A program made the translations under genes and the position numbers. Shown here piece by piece: positions 23,390 through 37,300 of a DNA stretch of 38,189 nt (its first letter is position 1; each line of letters starts with the position of its first letter). The DNA lies in assembly GCA_001655205.1 (NCBI GenBank), contig LPNZ01010304.1, positions 1 through 38,189 on the forward strand. The letters run 5' to 3'. Source of the DNA: Lenisia limosa. Taxonomy: Eukaryota; Protista; Breviatea. Below the pieces are notes generated by a model. The model saw only the letters and a program-made list of their open reading frames with translations. It had not been told where the DNA came from and searched no databases.

Positions 23390-26070
23390 ACCTCTCAGTA
23401 TCGCAAAATATCATTGAAATCAATCCGATCTGTCTTCGGTATTATAAACAGAAATTACCAAGAGGTTCACTTTGGTACCAAAAAAGCGAAAAAAAAAAAG
23501 TGATTTCCAAGATGATTTGTCGATAAATTCAGTCTTGAAAGAAAGTGAAGCGAACTGTCGCACCCAAGCAATACCTCAATGTGGGCCTGCATTCTTCGCT
23601 TCCTACTCATCTTGGACGAGGTCATAATTTCCGCCCACATTTCATCCGTTTCGTTCTGTTCCATTAGTCATAGTGAATGTAGACCTACCGAGGATTCATC
23701 GATAAAAGATGAAAATGGGTCCTCCCATTTGACCATCGGAGACATTGCCGATCTTGAACGGCTGTAAAAGTCTGGCTCTGGGGATACAATGGACCTTGAT
23801 CTTTTGTGTGTCGCTTCCTCTTCTTTCTTTACTGTATCACTAGTTGTCTGAGGAGACACATCCTGGCATGTAGGCTTAGTAGGGGGTGCTTTCAGTCTGG
23901 TTGGGTTTGGCATTCTCTGCACTGCCTGGAAGGGACGAGTTGGGATAAATGCTGCTGTTGCATTCTGAAGACGGTTAGAATCCGATCCATAACGCAAACA
24001 AAAAACAAGAAGTTAATACCTTAAAAGTAGCGGGTGAGGGGTCTTCAATATGGGATAGGCTCGGATAGGGGGATTGGACACCAGGCGAACAGACCATTTC
24101 ACGAGAAATGTCGTTATCGAAAGAAGGGTGAAGTGCGTCAAGCGACTCGATCGGCTGAATAGTCATAAGAAATAAAAGTATTGGATTAGCCCAATTTGTG
24201 TTCTAAACTGAGATAATTAAAACCAATCAGAATTGCATCATTTAACACACAATCACACTATGTCCAGAAAGGAATGTAGTACAGCGGGCTTACAACGTTA
24301 CTATTGTCATCGCCGGAAAGTGGGTCGGGTTTGGTTTTGATTTCCTCAGATCGGAGACTTTCAATATTTGAGTCTGACAACACAACTTCAGTTGGGGGGT
24401 AGATCCCAGGGTGGAAAATTTGCGACAGGGGTGGAGGTGTGTGTGCAAGGGGAGGGTCTGGAACAGTAAATATTTCCAATATCTTATGTCCACATTTGCC
24501 ATCCAACATACATAAGGCAGGGTTCATAAGAGAGGAGTAAAGTTGAGGGACAGTAGCATGCCCAAACTTCAGAGCAATGGGCTGGAACCAAATGGCTTGC
24601 TACTGGGTAAGTGTCTGATGTGGCGACATTTACAAGAGGAATACAGAACCAGTTAATTTGAAACTTGATGCCCAAACATACCTTGACTTGAAGGAAAAGT
24701 GAAAGACCCAGTTCTTTGGGAAGCATAGTGAGTACGTGTCCTTGTAAGGTTAGAGATCAGAAAGGTACAAAACTGCAATAACTATTATTATACTTGGAAG
24801 ACTTTAGAAAAGAAAATGATATCTCAAAAGTGTATTAGTAAGTATACCTAATGTGATGATATCTTGGCTTCAAAATCATAAATGAAAAATTCAAAAACAA
24901 GGTTGTCTTTGTTCGAATCACTCCTCATTATAAGCCTTTGATAGTAATACGCAGAAGTATCAGAAAATGTCAATAGAAAGTATCAACAAAACAAAACATG
25001 TAAAAAAAGAGTTATGAGGCTTTCAATTCGAAAGTAATAACGTTTGACCCTCACCGATAGGCAATAACAAGCTATTGAACACGGCGTATGCCTCATGATG
25101 AACAGAGGCTTGACTAAATTGTCAAAAAAGACGCATACAAAGAATTATCGTAAAACATAAACTAAAACCAATATCATCCAAACCTTTCTTGGAGTGATAC
25201 TAGGAGTAGGGTATGGAAGGACACGGCTTTCAGGTACTGAGAAAATAGTGTCTAAATAGTGAGAAATGATCCACTTAAGAGTATATCATATTAATAATAA
25301 GATAAAAACCAACCAGCCTTACTGAAATATTGCTCATGATCATGAGATCAGGTATAGTGAAAGCAGCATCTGTGGGGAGCCAAGCAATGACTGCTGCGTG
25401 AATCGTTCGAAAGAATGCCTATCGTGGTGAAGAAGGAAGGTGTGATCGGTCAGTTTAAATACGCCCAACCTGAAAGGGTTGATGCTCTTTCTTGTACACT
25501 TCAGCCATGGCATATAATGTTGTTGACAGAATGCGTGTTGTTTCTTCGGCCTTCCACACCTCCCATTTGCGTCCACCCTATATTAATAACTCCAAAAACA
25601 GTAGTTTTGCGAGGGTTATTGTAATAGAGTATATGGTCTTTTTTAAAAACCCCACCGGGGAAATTTAAATGATAAGTGTATTTTCAAAACCGTTGGTAGA
25701 TTTGAACAACGACAGTTAGTCAGTTAAGTCCGGCCATAGAGCATTACAGAATAATCTGTCATATATTTGCTGAAATGGAAATCCACCCTTACTTACTCTT
25801 TCTAAAATAGAGCCATAACACGCCTTAAAAGAAATCTCGAAGGCTTTCAGTGGATTTGCCGACTAAGTAGATCGTCAATAAAAAGAGAAGAGAAGACAGT
25901 CCGTCACCAATACTACTTCTTCCATATTTTTTAAATATAAACCTCTCAGCAAAACACCAGCTTACCTGAATGAGCTCAGACTCCTTTAGCTGATTGACCA
26001 CCTCATCTTCAGTTACATGTGTTGGGTTTGAATACTGACTATTTCGTTTTCTATAGCCTCTTCCTGACAT
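23390..26070 (-). CDS. Uncharacterised multi-exon protein (helical N-terminal part, Ser/Pro-rich C-terminal part); either a separate gene or the N-terminus of the double-TALE gene
   Basis: MSGRGYRKRNSQYSNPTHVTEDEVVNQLKESELIQ|SANPLKAFEISFKACYGSILER|...KWEVWKAEETTRILSTTLYAMAEVYKKEHQPFQ|AFFRTIHAAVIAWLPTDAAFTIPDLMIMSNIS|TLFSQYLKAVSFHTLLLVSLQE..., then S/P-rich exons (SPGVQSPYPSLSHIEDPSP; SRSIVSPEPDFYSRSRSAMSP). The junction near 23390-23470 could not be resolved in frame. Confidence 0.55.
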
Positions 26071-26309
26071 GGTGAGGCAGAAAGGACCGTGTTTGGATTT
26101 TTTTTACATTGATGGCAAAAGAGGGAACCCCGGGTACCCGCTCCAAACAAAGGGAAAAATGGGATGTTTTCGAGCTCTTTTTAGGACCTCAAAACTTAAG
26201 GAGATTGTTTATCTTTAGTTTGAAGAGAAAATTGTGAAATATCGACTTTGTGTTTTTGTGAGCAGTTTTCCAACTCCCTAGTCCCCCCTGCGGCACTTTC
26301 GCTTGCACA
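26071..26309. promoter_or_regulatory. Short divergent intergenic region (putative bidirectional promoter) between the minus-strand gene at 26070 and ZMAT2
   Basis: Head-to-head ATGs 240 bp apart. Confidence 0.4.
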
Positions 26310-28003
26310 ATGTCGACAGATCTTTCAAAAACGGTGGGAAAAGAAGACAGTAAACAAATCTTATTTTCCCCTGTCTTGGTACAGCAATTCCTTTGTGTCA
26401 ATTGTGTACAGAGTATCTTTCTTTCGTTTTTCAAATTTTATATTTATTTTCAATCTCACAATATTGATACCCACTTACCCTCGTAGAAAGGCATTGACAA
26501 CACGTCAAGAAGAAAGTGGGATGTCGATTTCTTCCAAAAGATTGCTGAGGAGAGGAAAGAGAAGCAGGTATTTTTGGCTAGATTTTTCGTATATTGACAG
26601 CAACTATCATATAAATCTTCAACAATAACATTCAACATTATTGTTTCAGCTTGAAGAGGAATTAGAGAAACAGAAAGATGCACTTGCTCGTAGTATGATG
26701 GGTGAATTCGCGTTGGATTATTATTATGTTATTGTGTGTTGTTTTCTCTTACAAAATCGCTTGATATTGGCGATTGTGTTTGTCTTTCTCTTTATTACAC
26801 TTCTCAAAACTACCAAACCCATCATGTTGAGACACAGCTATATTTTTCCTATCATTTGTTCTAAACTACTTACAATTCACATTTTGCAACGTAACCCTAT
26901 CCGGCTGCGCTAATAATTTAGTGGGACAAAAGACGCCAAAAGCTCTTCTCAAACAGCGAGAGTACGACCCCCAGGTGTGACCATGGCCGTTGTTTCGAAT
27001 TTTAACCCACATTGTAACGGCTTGACCACTCCAGGTTGAGAAAAATCTCTTAAAAAGGATGGTTGTAACAGAAACGACCCCGCTTCAGCAGCAGGGTGGA
27101 TGGTGGTGTGATGTGTGTGAATGTGCACTGAAGGATTCAACATCATGGCTGGACCATATTAATGGAAGAAGACGTAAGGAGGGGAAGAGGAGTTCCCTCT
27201 TTCTTTTCTATTTTCTGGAAGAATAATTTTTGCAGATCAAAAGAAACTTGGAATGTCCATGAGGGTCGAACAGAGTTCAGTGAATCAAGTTCAAGCTAAG
27301 ATTCAACAGATGAAGAGGAAACGAGAAGACGAGGCCCTTGTGGCGGACCTCCCCATTGAATATGGTTGGTTGCAATCATATTTTTTCAAATGATGTTGCG
27401 TTCTGGGGGATATTTCACAATAATTGCGCGCTGGCTAGATACAGTCATGTCATTCACATTTACTTTTTTTGACACTGGCTTTTCGTGGCATAGCTATTGG
27501 GTATTGAGGTTGCACGTTGTTTGGCAAATTGGGTTAAAAGGAGATCAATATCTTCACAACAAGGTTCTGCATTTGCCTTTAGCCTTCCATTCAAGTTAAC
27601 CTAACATGATAGACTTTGAGACGCGTATCAATAACCAAGCTACACCGGAGGATACATTGGAAGCAAGGAGGGAAAAGAGAAGGAGAGCAAAGGAGCGCAA
27701 GAAGGCCGAGGAAGAGGAAATCGCCAAGGCGGTGAGCTGACTCTGAAAGAAAGACCATATTTCTTGTTTCATCATATTTTTCCCGAATAAGGGTAGTAAT
27801 TCCACAACACTTTACTCTTCTCGCCACTTTGCTGACTTACTATTTAGGCTGAAGATGAAATGGATGACGAGGAAAAAGAGATGAGAGCGTTGATGGGAAT
27901 GTAAATTATTGGATGTAACACTTCTGGAACTACCTTCTCCTTTTTGTCATGTTACATTCTCGTTTGGTTGTTTAGTTCATGTAAACTTAATACCAGCAGG
28001 TGA
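26310..28003 (+). CDS. ZMAT2: Zinc finger matrin-type protein 2 / U4/U6.U5 snRNP component Snu23
   Basis: Spliced: MSTDLSKT|KGIDNTSRRKWDVDFFQKIAEERKEKQ|...ALLKQREYDPQ|MVVTETTPLQQQGGWWCDVCECALKDSTSWLDHINGRRH|QKKLGMSMRVEQSSVNQVQAKIQQMKRKRE...DFETRI...EKEMRALMG. It matches ZMAT2 motifs RRKWD, GYYCxVCxCxxKDSxxFLDHINGKKHQRNLGMSMRVERS. The last exon and stop are uncertain. Confidence 0.92.
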
Positions 28004-28319
28004 TTAGTACATTAGTATAACGCAAGTATCAAAGTAGAGTTATGAGAGAGAGAAGAACACACGCTAAGCCAGTTAGTTGTAGTGGCCGAAATAATCATAT
28101 AAACACCCGGGAGTATACCCTATTTATGCTTTTTTTTTTTCAAGCGTTTTTCCTGGTTTTTAAATACAATTAAATACGTATTCAAAACGTTTATATATTG
28201 GTAATCCCTTGGCCCAATATAGATAATTCAGAAGAGGATATTCCCCTTCTGACTTCGTTATACGTGGAATTTCTGCCAAATAAGCAGAAATTTGTTTATC
28301 CTAGCCTTACAAATTCAAA

Positions 28320-31300
28320 ATGAGTACAATGTGCACCTCTCCTGGTTGGGTATTTCTCTTTTTGGCGATTCAAACTTCTTACCTCTTTCAGACCTCCAAA
28401 CGGTTGCCTCTTACCTCTCCATGGAAGGGTTTAGCCAAAAGGACTTTCCTGCGTCAAGAGGCCATCTCCCCCTTTCAACCCCTTTCCTTTCTAAGGTAAT
28501 AAGCCGACCTTTCTTGTAATTGAAGGCTCTTTTTCAGAGCATAATTTCAAATGGTCCAGGTGCTCTGTTTCCCCGGGTCAAGGCATTCCCTTTTTTGCAT
28601 TTTGACTTCCTTAATTTTTAGGCCTCACGAATGGTCCTAATTGAGGACGGCTTCAACCCCGTTGCCGCCCATGTTCTGTGCCTCCATCTCGAAGAGGTGC
28701 GTGGATCATCCCTAACAACCCGATTCTCTTATTTTGTTTTCTACAGGAAGTTGTAGCCACTCCCTTTGTCATCATTTTCAGATTCACAAAACTCAACAGA
28801 CTAAGGCCATTCCTGCTGCTCAACCAGGTGAGGGGCTACAAGCATGAATAACAACTTTTCTGGACTTCCTCCAGTAGTATATGATAAATTGTCATGTTTT
28901 GACCTCTTAGTGGTCCATGCTCCTGTTGCTGTCGCTGCTGCCCCTGCTGTCATCTCTCCTGCTCCGGTTTGCTCCATTTCTACCGGAGGCTTTATTATTG
29001 CATTCCTCCCCTCACTTCTCAACCTGACTATGGCAGGAGGATAAGATCGAAGCTGCTATTGCTGAACTCATCACTGTTGGAATCGTCAATGCCGAAATGA
29101 ACAAGAATCAAGGTAAGCAACGAACAGGGCAAAGCAAAGCCTGTCGCGGTGTTGATTTTTCTGTAGAAACGTCGGTCCACATGTTGAACCCCTCTATTGC
29201 CGATCGATACGCTGCTGCCCTCGAGGCCTACTATGTCGCAACTGACACCGCTTTCTCAAGTTTGAGGGACTGGTTAGGATAACAATTTGTGTTNNNNNNN
29301 NNNNNNNNNNNNNNNNNNNNNNNNNNNNNNNNNNNNNNNNNNNNNNNNNNNNNTTGAGTTTCAACCGAAAACTTGAGTTTTTATTTATCATATGATCTAT
29401 ATCTATCATGGATATACTAGTCCCCATAAATTTTGGTTAATTTGAATTATCTTGCTGATCCTGATCTGTTGACGGCTTTAGAGGTGGTTTCACACAAGCC
29501 TGACACTGTTGTTCTTGCTGCCCTGCCAGTACCCCATGTGCCCCAGAACGCCTCCTGCCTTCACGAAGCGGTGGGGATTTGGAATTTATCATTGTTTAAG
29601 GTGTTCTCATCTGTATTGCTTTATTGTAGTATATTCTATTACAATTAGTGTCGTGTTCTCAGTTTATGGATGGTTTTGGGCCAAATACATGTCTAATTGT
29701 CATTATTTTTTTGGTAATATAGTATTGTTATTGTTACACTGAGACTCTTGAACATACTCAAGTGACCATTCAGGCTATTATCTCTCTCCTCTTCTGCTCG
29801 CCCCTAACAATGCACTGTACTCTTCTCTTCGAACTTTCCCAATGCCAAGGCCAGGTTGCTGATGTTGTCAAAACTGCGTAGGCATAGCTTTTTGGAATTG
29901 TTCCTTCCAAACCTTTTATTCACTTCTTTAGATTTGCAAACTCCCCCCTTTCCATTTCATTGTAAGCGGGGAGTATCTTTATTATATCTTTTTTATTATT
30001 ATCAAATTTCGCACATGGAATTGGGGGGGGGGGTAGCGATTCAGCTCTATTATACTCTAACACACGCTAAGCTTGAATGAATAGATATTCCTCAACTTTC
30101 GTTTGCCACCAATTATACTATATTCTGTCTACTGGACTAACTCCGTGCTCACCACTCAGTATGACAATTGTCCATGGTTTGGCTACTGACTCCCATGTTC
30201 CCAATGACCACTGGAAGACCCTTGTCAACATCATGCCTTCCGCTCAGGTTCGCCATTTGAGTGATGAAAACTGCTTTGGAGTCGCTTTAGTCTTGTCACA
30301 AGGCTTGTCAAATATCATTCATCAATGATTTTTTCGATCTATTGAATTGAAACGTTTTTGGAAGGCTGACCCTTCAGACTGCAGCCGAATTTGTGGAAGC
30401 TCTCTTCGCTGCCCTCGAACAAGAATCTCTCAGCACAGGCCGTGGGAGGGGGGGGGGGGNNNNNNNNNNNNNNNNNNNNNNNNNNNNNNNNNNNNNNNNN
30501 NNNNNNNNNNNNNNNNNNNNNNNNNNNNNNNNNNNNNNNNNNNNNNNNNNNNNNNNNNNNNNNNNNNNNNNNNNNNNNNNNNNNNNNNNNNNNNNNNNNN
30601 NNNNNNNNNNNNNTTTCTGTGGAATGATGTCACCTGAGCTTTCAATTTTTGTCTTCTATACGACCCTTATCTCCTCACTGTTTTAGTGAACTTCAACGTA
30701 AGTGGCTTCGCTCCTGATGGTGACGAAAGGGATTTTCCTGGCGTCTGGGCCAGCTCAACGTTTTATTAGCGTTTTATTAACCCTTTAGCACGGCTTCGGC
30801 TCCCTTGCCGCTCTTCACATCTCCACCCCGGCTAACGGATCGTTGATTATCACCCCCNNNNNNNNNNNNNNNNNNNNNNNNNNNNNNNNNNNNNNNNNNN
30901 NNNNNNNNNNNNNNNNNNNNNNNNNNNNNNNNNNNNNNNNNNNNNNNNNNTTTGGTGGACATGGTGACCTTCCCTGCTTGGGTAAGCCTGCGGGTCTTTG
31001 AGGGCTAAAGAGAAATTTGGACTATTCCCTGAGAGTCGGATATTCGAATTACTCAGCAGTTTCTTGGCCTTTTGAACTTTTGGCAACCTTTTCAACTATC
31101 ACTATTATCAACTTTGAGGGAGATAATATGAATTATACATATCATATTAATATAATATCATAAATGTCTTGTTTCAACGATTCATTCATCAACATGGACT
31201 GGACGGCTTCGGCCGGAGTCAACCATGTTTTTCTCGTCTCTATGATTCATCACCTTGACAGAATATTACCAACGGACTGTTCCCCACCTTCACTTCCGGT

Positions 31301-34300
31301 CTCTTCTGGGACGGCAATGAGTGGGGGGCAATGATCACCACTCCTGATGAGAGTGCTTGTACGTGACACCATTTTCACATTTCACATTTCCGCGCATGCC
31401 TTACCTTTGACGTACACTGTAGAGCTGCCCTCCCCTCACCCGACCAGGCTTCGTTCGACCCCGAAGTTCACGGAGGTATGAATGGTGTTGTGTCTGCCTT
31501 GGGCTTACTATTTTACCAATCCTCGAAATATTGATTGCTTACCGATCTTTTTTCGAACCATTAATACCCCAAAATGACTCTTAAAAACTCGCTTCTTGGT
31601 TTACCCCGCAGGTGTGTTCAACAATTCAATTGGCGGCTTCCGAGTCATCACCCGCGCCAAGTCCTACAAGGTGAAGGGCGATCAACGCAAATTTCATTTT
31701 TTGATAATTTGCTCCTCTTTTTCAAGCGAAAAGGCACCCCCCCCCCCCCGTAGTNNNNNNNNNNNNNNNNNNNNNNNNNNNNNNNNNNNNNNNNNNNNNN
31801 NNNNNNNNNNNNNNNNNNNNNNNNNNNNNNNNNNNNNNNNNNNNNNNNNNNNNNNNNNNNNNNNNNNNNNNNNNNNNNNNNNNNNNNNNNNNNNNNNNNN
31901 NNNNNNNNNNNNNNNNNNNNNNNNNNNNNNNNNNNNNNNNNNNNNNNNNNATCATTTCCAACTATTCAGATTCCGTACTCTGGAGGACATCAACCACATT
32001 CCCTCCCTCGCAGCATACCACAAGGTTTCCTCTGTTGCTGTGTCAAAAGGTTGGTCTTTGGCTCTGTTTTTGATGTGTGGCAATGTAACAGTAATGCAAT
32101 TCTCAGGGACGGAGAAATATACTGCAGAATATAACGCACAATGATCCCCCTAATACCCCATTCTTCTCTCCTACCACCTATTAGATCATCACTTAACTGA
32201 TGGTTTAGGAGTTGAGAAAGCTGCTGCGGAGCTTGGTGTCGAAGTACCTGAAAAGCTGTACCACGAGTACAAATCACCCGAGTTGGCTTCTGTCCTATGA
32301 CTATTTCCTATCGAATGATATTGTCTTTTCCGACTTGTTGCCTTGCAATTGCTTTGGGCTTTATCTTTTGATTATTGTCCGCCTTTTGACCCACTAACGT
32401 AAAAGAAAGATCAAGAAGGAGGCAAAGCTGAAGCAAGCGGAGAGCACCGAGAAGACCAAAACAGCTGTTGTACCCCATATTGAGTGGGGAGGGGAGGGGG
32501 TCTAACGCAAATCGTTGTGATATAAACGATGTACTATGTACATATATTAAAATATATGTATATGTATATATAATATTATAGCTGTATGATAGGTGTTCCA
32601 ATTTATTTCTCTTCAGAATGGAGCGCATGCCCTCGCCGCCTCCCGAAGTGTCGCCACAAGAATCTGAGGCCATGACCACTATCGTTCACACCGGCATCGA
32701 AATCGACCACCACTTCAGAGAGACCAGATCCCAGGTCAGCGAGAGGGGGGGGGGGCNNNNNNNNNNNNNNNNNNNNNNNNNNNNNNNNNNNNNNNNNNNN
32801 NNNNNNNNNNNNNNNNNNNNNNNNNNNNNNNNNNTTTCAAACAATGTAATACCTTTTGTCACATAGCTCAGAAGGGGCTCTTTGTGTACCAGTACAGCCC
32901 TGAGCATCTAAAGAAGCTCCTCCCCGCAATATGCACACTTCTTGGTCACTCCAATAGCCGCCTGCCCACTGAAGGTCCGTCCCTGCTCTCACGCTACTAT
33001 GTGATACTCTTTGAAACAACAATAATTGTCTGTCGTTCTCTTGTGTTTCTCAAAGGTTTACCAGAGTTGATTTTGGACTTTTTTTTTTTTGTTTCATTAT
33101 GCTATTTTTACAACCGCCAGCCCTCCTGTGTAAGAAGCCACCACAATGGGTCACGGCTACTGTGGCNNNNNNNNNNNNNNNNNNNNNNNNNNNNNNNNNN
33201 NNNNNNNNNNNNNNNNNNNNNNNNNNNNNNNNNNNNNNNNNNNNNNNNNNNNNNNNNNNNNNNNNNNNNNNNNNNNNNNNNNNNNNNNNNNNNNNNNNNN
33301 NNNNNNNNNNNNNNNNNNNNNNNNNNNNNNNNNNNNNNNNNNCCTCCATGATATCCTTGTCTCATGCTTTAGGTCATCTACCTCCTCTCGCACGTTGCAT
33401 CCCTCATGAGCCACGTTGAGATGATCTACATGTTCACCAGTGACACCGGTCTTCCCTTCCTTGACACTAGCTTCACAAACCAAATCATGGACCTCCCTGT
33501 TCTCACGTCTCTGTATGGGGAGCATCGGGGCCCTATTATCTCTATATTTGCTATATATACGGTCCAAATGGTTGATGAAGAATTGGAGCCTAAGTTCATA
33601 GCTCATTTTTTTTTTGTGTGTGTTCTGGATCGATAATATTTTTTTTTTGTTTTTGGAATTTTTACGAACTCCTCTCTTCACAATAATTTTTTATTTACTC
33701 TTTTTGATATTTTTTTTTTATTNNNNNNNNNNNNNNNNNNNNNNNNNNNNNNNNNNNNNNNNNNNNNNNNNNNNNNNNNNNNNNNNNNNNNNNNNNNNNN
33801 NNNNNNNNNNNNNNNNNNNNNNNNNNNNNNNNNNNNNNNNNNNNNNNNNNNNNNNNNNNNNNNNNNNNNNNNNNNNNNNNNGGACCTCATGACCACGTTC
33901 AACGCCCATTTTACCGGCTTGTCCGATCCGATTGAGATTATGGACACTCTCTTCGAACGTCTTGCTGAGGAGGCTGCTGCCAAGGGACGTAGGCTGGGTT
34001 TACAGGGAGAGGGGTTGACACTTGGTGGCTTGTTTTTGGATTTGGATTTGGCATCATATGTAGTCATGAGAGGGTTGTTTGTTTGATTTCCCCATTTTAC
34101 CGGAGTGGTGGGATGCGGTGCTGAAGAAGAAACTGACCTGGGCTTTGTTTGTTTTGTTGTTAGCAACCCTCCTGTGTTGTCAGCCAACAAGTTTGTTTTT
34201 GGGCTTCTTTTGTTTCATACACATTTTTCAATCCCCCCNNNNNNNNNNNNNNNNNNNNNNNNNNNNNNNNNNNNNNNNNNNNNNNNNNNNNNNNNNNNNN

Positions 34301-37300
34301 NNNNNNNNNNNNNNNNNNNNNNNNNNNNNNNNNNNNNNCGAACAGCAGGCCATGCCCGACTTTATGAGCTTGAACGTAGTTGGGGCCAGCCTACTGTTGT
34401 AACTGTACTACTATTTTAAACGTTGGGGACGGCTTTGGCCCGATAACCTTATTTCTCATCGTCTCTGATGCGGACTTCACCAGCTTTCCTATGAAAAAAG
34501 GCCTAATACAACTGGATTTCCGTTTCAATACATCACCAACCTAGGAAATTGTGATCAATGATGAGGAGTTCGACAAGGATGTCTCGACCCTAATTCGCTG
34601 CGACACCCGTACTCTTATCGTGAGAGGCTGGGAGACTTGGACTTTCTTTCTGCCTTTCTTCTCTGGTGCTTCGTTTAATATTTATCTCCAAAAAGTATCT
34701 TGCTTCTCATAATTTTAGAAAACCAATACGCCTATCCCTGAGAACATCCAAGCCAGTATGGGGAGTTGAATGTTCATTTTGTGATAGGGATGATCGAAAT
34801 ATATCGTATCAATATTGGAGCTTGAAAGTTTGAAGGTACTTCTGACCTAAATTTTGAGACACTGTGCCCGACCACCTTGTTTTATTTCTCATCTCTCTAT
34901 TTTATAATATCATCTGCACACTATTTCAATACATGAGCTTAGCTGCAAGCAACTTATTTGTACAATACTCACCCGCTTCCCAATTTTGATTTTTATAAAA
35001 TCAATAGTTTTTTACACTTCCTAGTGATTCTCGAAAACAAGCCGTCCAAGGTTGCTTTGGCCAAGATTCCCCATGCCAAGCTCCGTACCGTCTTCTTCCT
35101 CGCCACAAAGCACAGGGTTGTATGAGGGCTTTGAGCGGCTCAATGCCAAATATTCTCTTGCTTTTGGGTTCTGAGTGCGTTTTTGGGTTTTGTTCACGAT
35201 AAGTCGTGTTTTCGCCTAGGGCTTTGTTTGTTTTGTTGTTCTCAACTCTCGTGTGTTGTCAGCCAACAGAGTTGATTTTGGGCTTTTTTTTTTTGTTTCA
35301 TAAATCTTCCAATTTTACTCCCCCACCCCTCATATGGATAGGGCGCGCACCGAGTTGGCCGTCCCCAGTTGATTCTGAGCTCTCGAGTCGGCGTCTCTGC
35401 TTTCAACGAAAAGATGAGGTTCCTTCCCCGCACTCTTATGGCTGGTGCTGCCATCCTCGCCAGGTTTACGGAGGAATGCATCAAGGTTTTGCCATCCAAT
35501 AGAGTTGACCGTTTTTTGTTCTAATCATAAATTTCCTTTTTTTTTTTTTTTCTTCCTCTTTGCAGAATTTGTGAATATAACCAGCTTATTAACCTGGAAG
35601 TGATAACTGTCTTACTCCTCAGGATAGAGGAGGAATAATTCAGCTCCATAATAGGCTCGTCCCATTTCCCATTTCCCATTCACAACAACCAACTCACACG
35701 ACAGGTACCATCAGTTCTACGAACCTGCAGTTCGCGAGGGAATCCACCTTGCCAAGTCCCTCCCGAGCCCCGTGTACCTCTCAAACATCTCCCAGGTCGG
35801 GGCGAACTATTCTGCTCTTTGCAAGCTAGAAAACACAACACCGAATCAATTTGTTGACGTCATACATAATACAGTATTCCCAAGTACTCCTTCAGTATTA
35901 TATCTCTGCTCCCAAGCTTGATCCAAACGACATTCAGTGTTGGAACAGCGATTGACGACATAGGAATGGCACGCATTATCCCCCGAATTTGCCCAAAATG
36001 GACCGGAAGTTCTCTTTGTGGAGGCGCCTGAAACCTGCTGCTACATTAGTGCAAGGGTGGGTGGGGTGCCATCTCACTGGAATCTTTAATACTGATAAAT
36101 ATTGAATTACACACGAGGGAAATCCGCCTAACCGCTGCAGAACAGACACCCTAAGTCCGCCAAGCCAGCTGAGACCAAGGCTGATGACAAGCCCAAAAAG
36201 GAAGCGGTTGAGAAGGTTGGTCCCCGCACTCCCACCCCCTTGAATTGACAAATACCACTTCTTATTTTTTAAGAGTATTTAATATCACGTGACTAAACAG
36301 ACTGAAAAGGAAGAGGCCGAGCTGACCGAACAACAAGCCGCGAAAAAGGCCAAGATGCTTGCAAAAAAGGAGGCATTGAAGGAAAAAAGGAAGCAGAGGA
36401 AGTTGGAGATCAGGGAACTTAAGGCAAAGGAGCGTAAGGAGAAAGAGGAAAAAGAAAAATTGGAGGAGGAGGAAGAAGGTGATAAGGAAGAAAAGGATGA
36501 GGTTGAGAAGAAGGAAGAAACAGAAGAGAAGAATGAAGAAACCGAAGAGAAGAAGGAAGAAGAGAAGAAACAAAAGAAACAAAAGAAGGAAAAGGAGCCT
36601 GAAATGAAGGGTGATACCATTGTCGACCCCCACATCCAGGTATATTGTGGTAACTGAAAGTACTCCCGGTACTTCTCATCCAATTGGACTCCCCTTTTGT
36701 TCAATTGGGCGCCACACTATACATTTTGTGTTGTCTTACCCCTACCCACAATTTGATATTTTGTTATTTTGAAGTGCCGGTGTGATTCTTTCATCAAAGT
36801 TATTTATTGTTTCATAAATTTTCCAATTTTACTCCCCCCCCCCCCTANNNNNNNNNNNNNNNNNNNNNNNNNNNNNNNNNNNNNNNNNNNNNNNNNNNNN
36901 NNNNNNNNNNNNNNNNNNNNNNNNNTTTGCCGGGCTCATCATTGACTCGCAAAGAAAGAGAATTGAGGTAACTTCTGCCTCTTGTTTAATGCACGTCAAA
37001 GTGATACAGGCTTACCATATTAGGAAACCAAAAGGCGCTATTTCCCTCGCTACACTCCGGCGTATGTTGGTGCTTTCTCCTCTGGCTTGATCGAGCTCGT
37101 TGGATCCCCTCTCAGTACGAGGGATATGGAGCTTCTGGCTGCTCTCTCTTCACGTTGATATTAAATCAGGTGCAATATCTTTGATATAATGTTCCTCCTC
37201 ACTCCTTCTAACTTTCCATTGCAGAGGGTCACTAAGATAATAAATACTGGACAACTTGTGTTTTCGAAGCATGACGTTTTCGATGATCGGACACGTATTA

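Noticed and set aside
30777-31095. Minus-strand basic ORFs (KRLPKVQKAKK...) suggesting a nested retroelement fragment
   Set aside because: Plus-strand exons with good splice sites (HGFGSLAALHISTP; LVDMVTFPAW|gtaagc) explain the sequence, and no RT motif is present.
36262-36704. Minus-strand hydrophobic F/L/S-rich ORFs
   Set aside because: They are the antisense shadow of the plus-strand Lys/Glu-rich exon.
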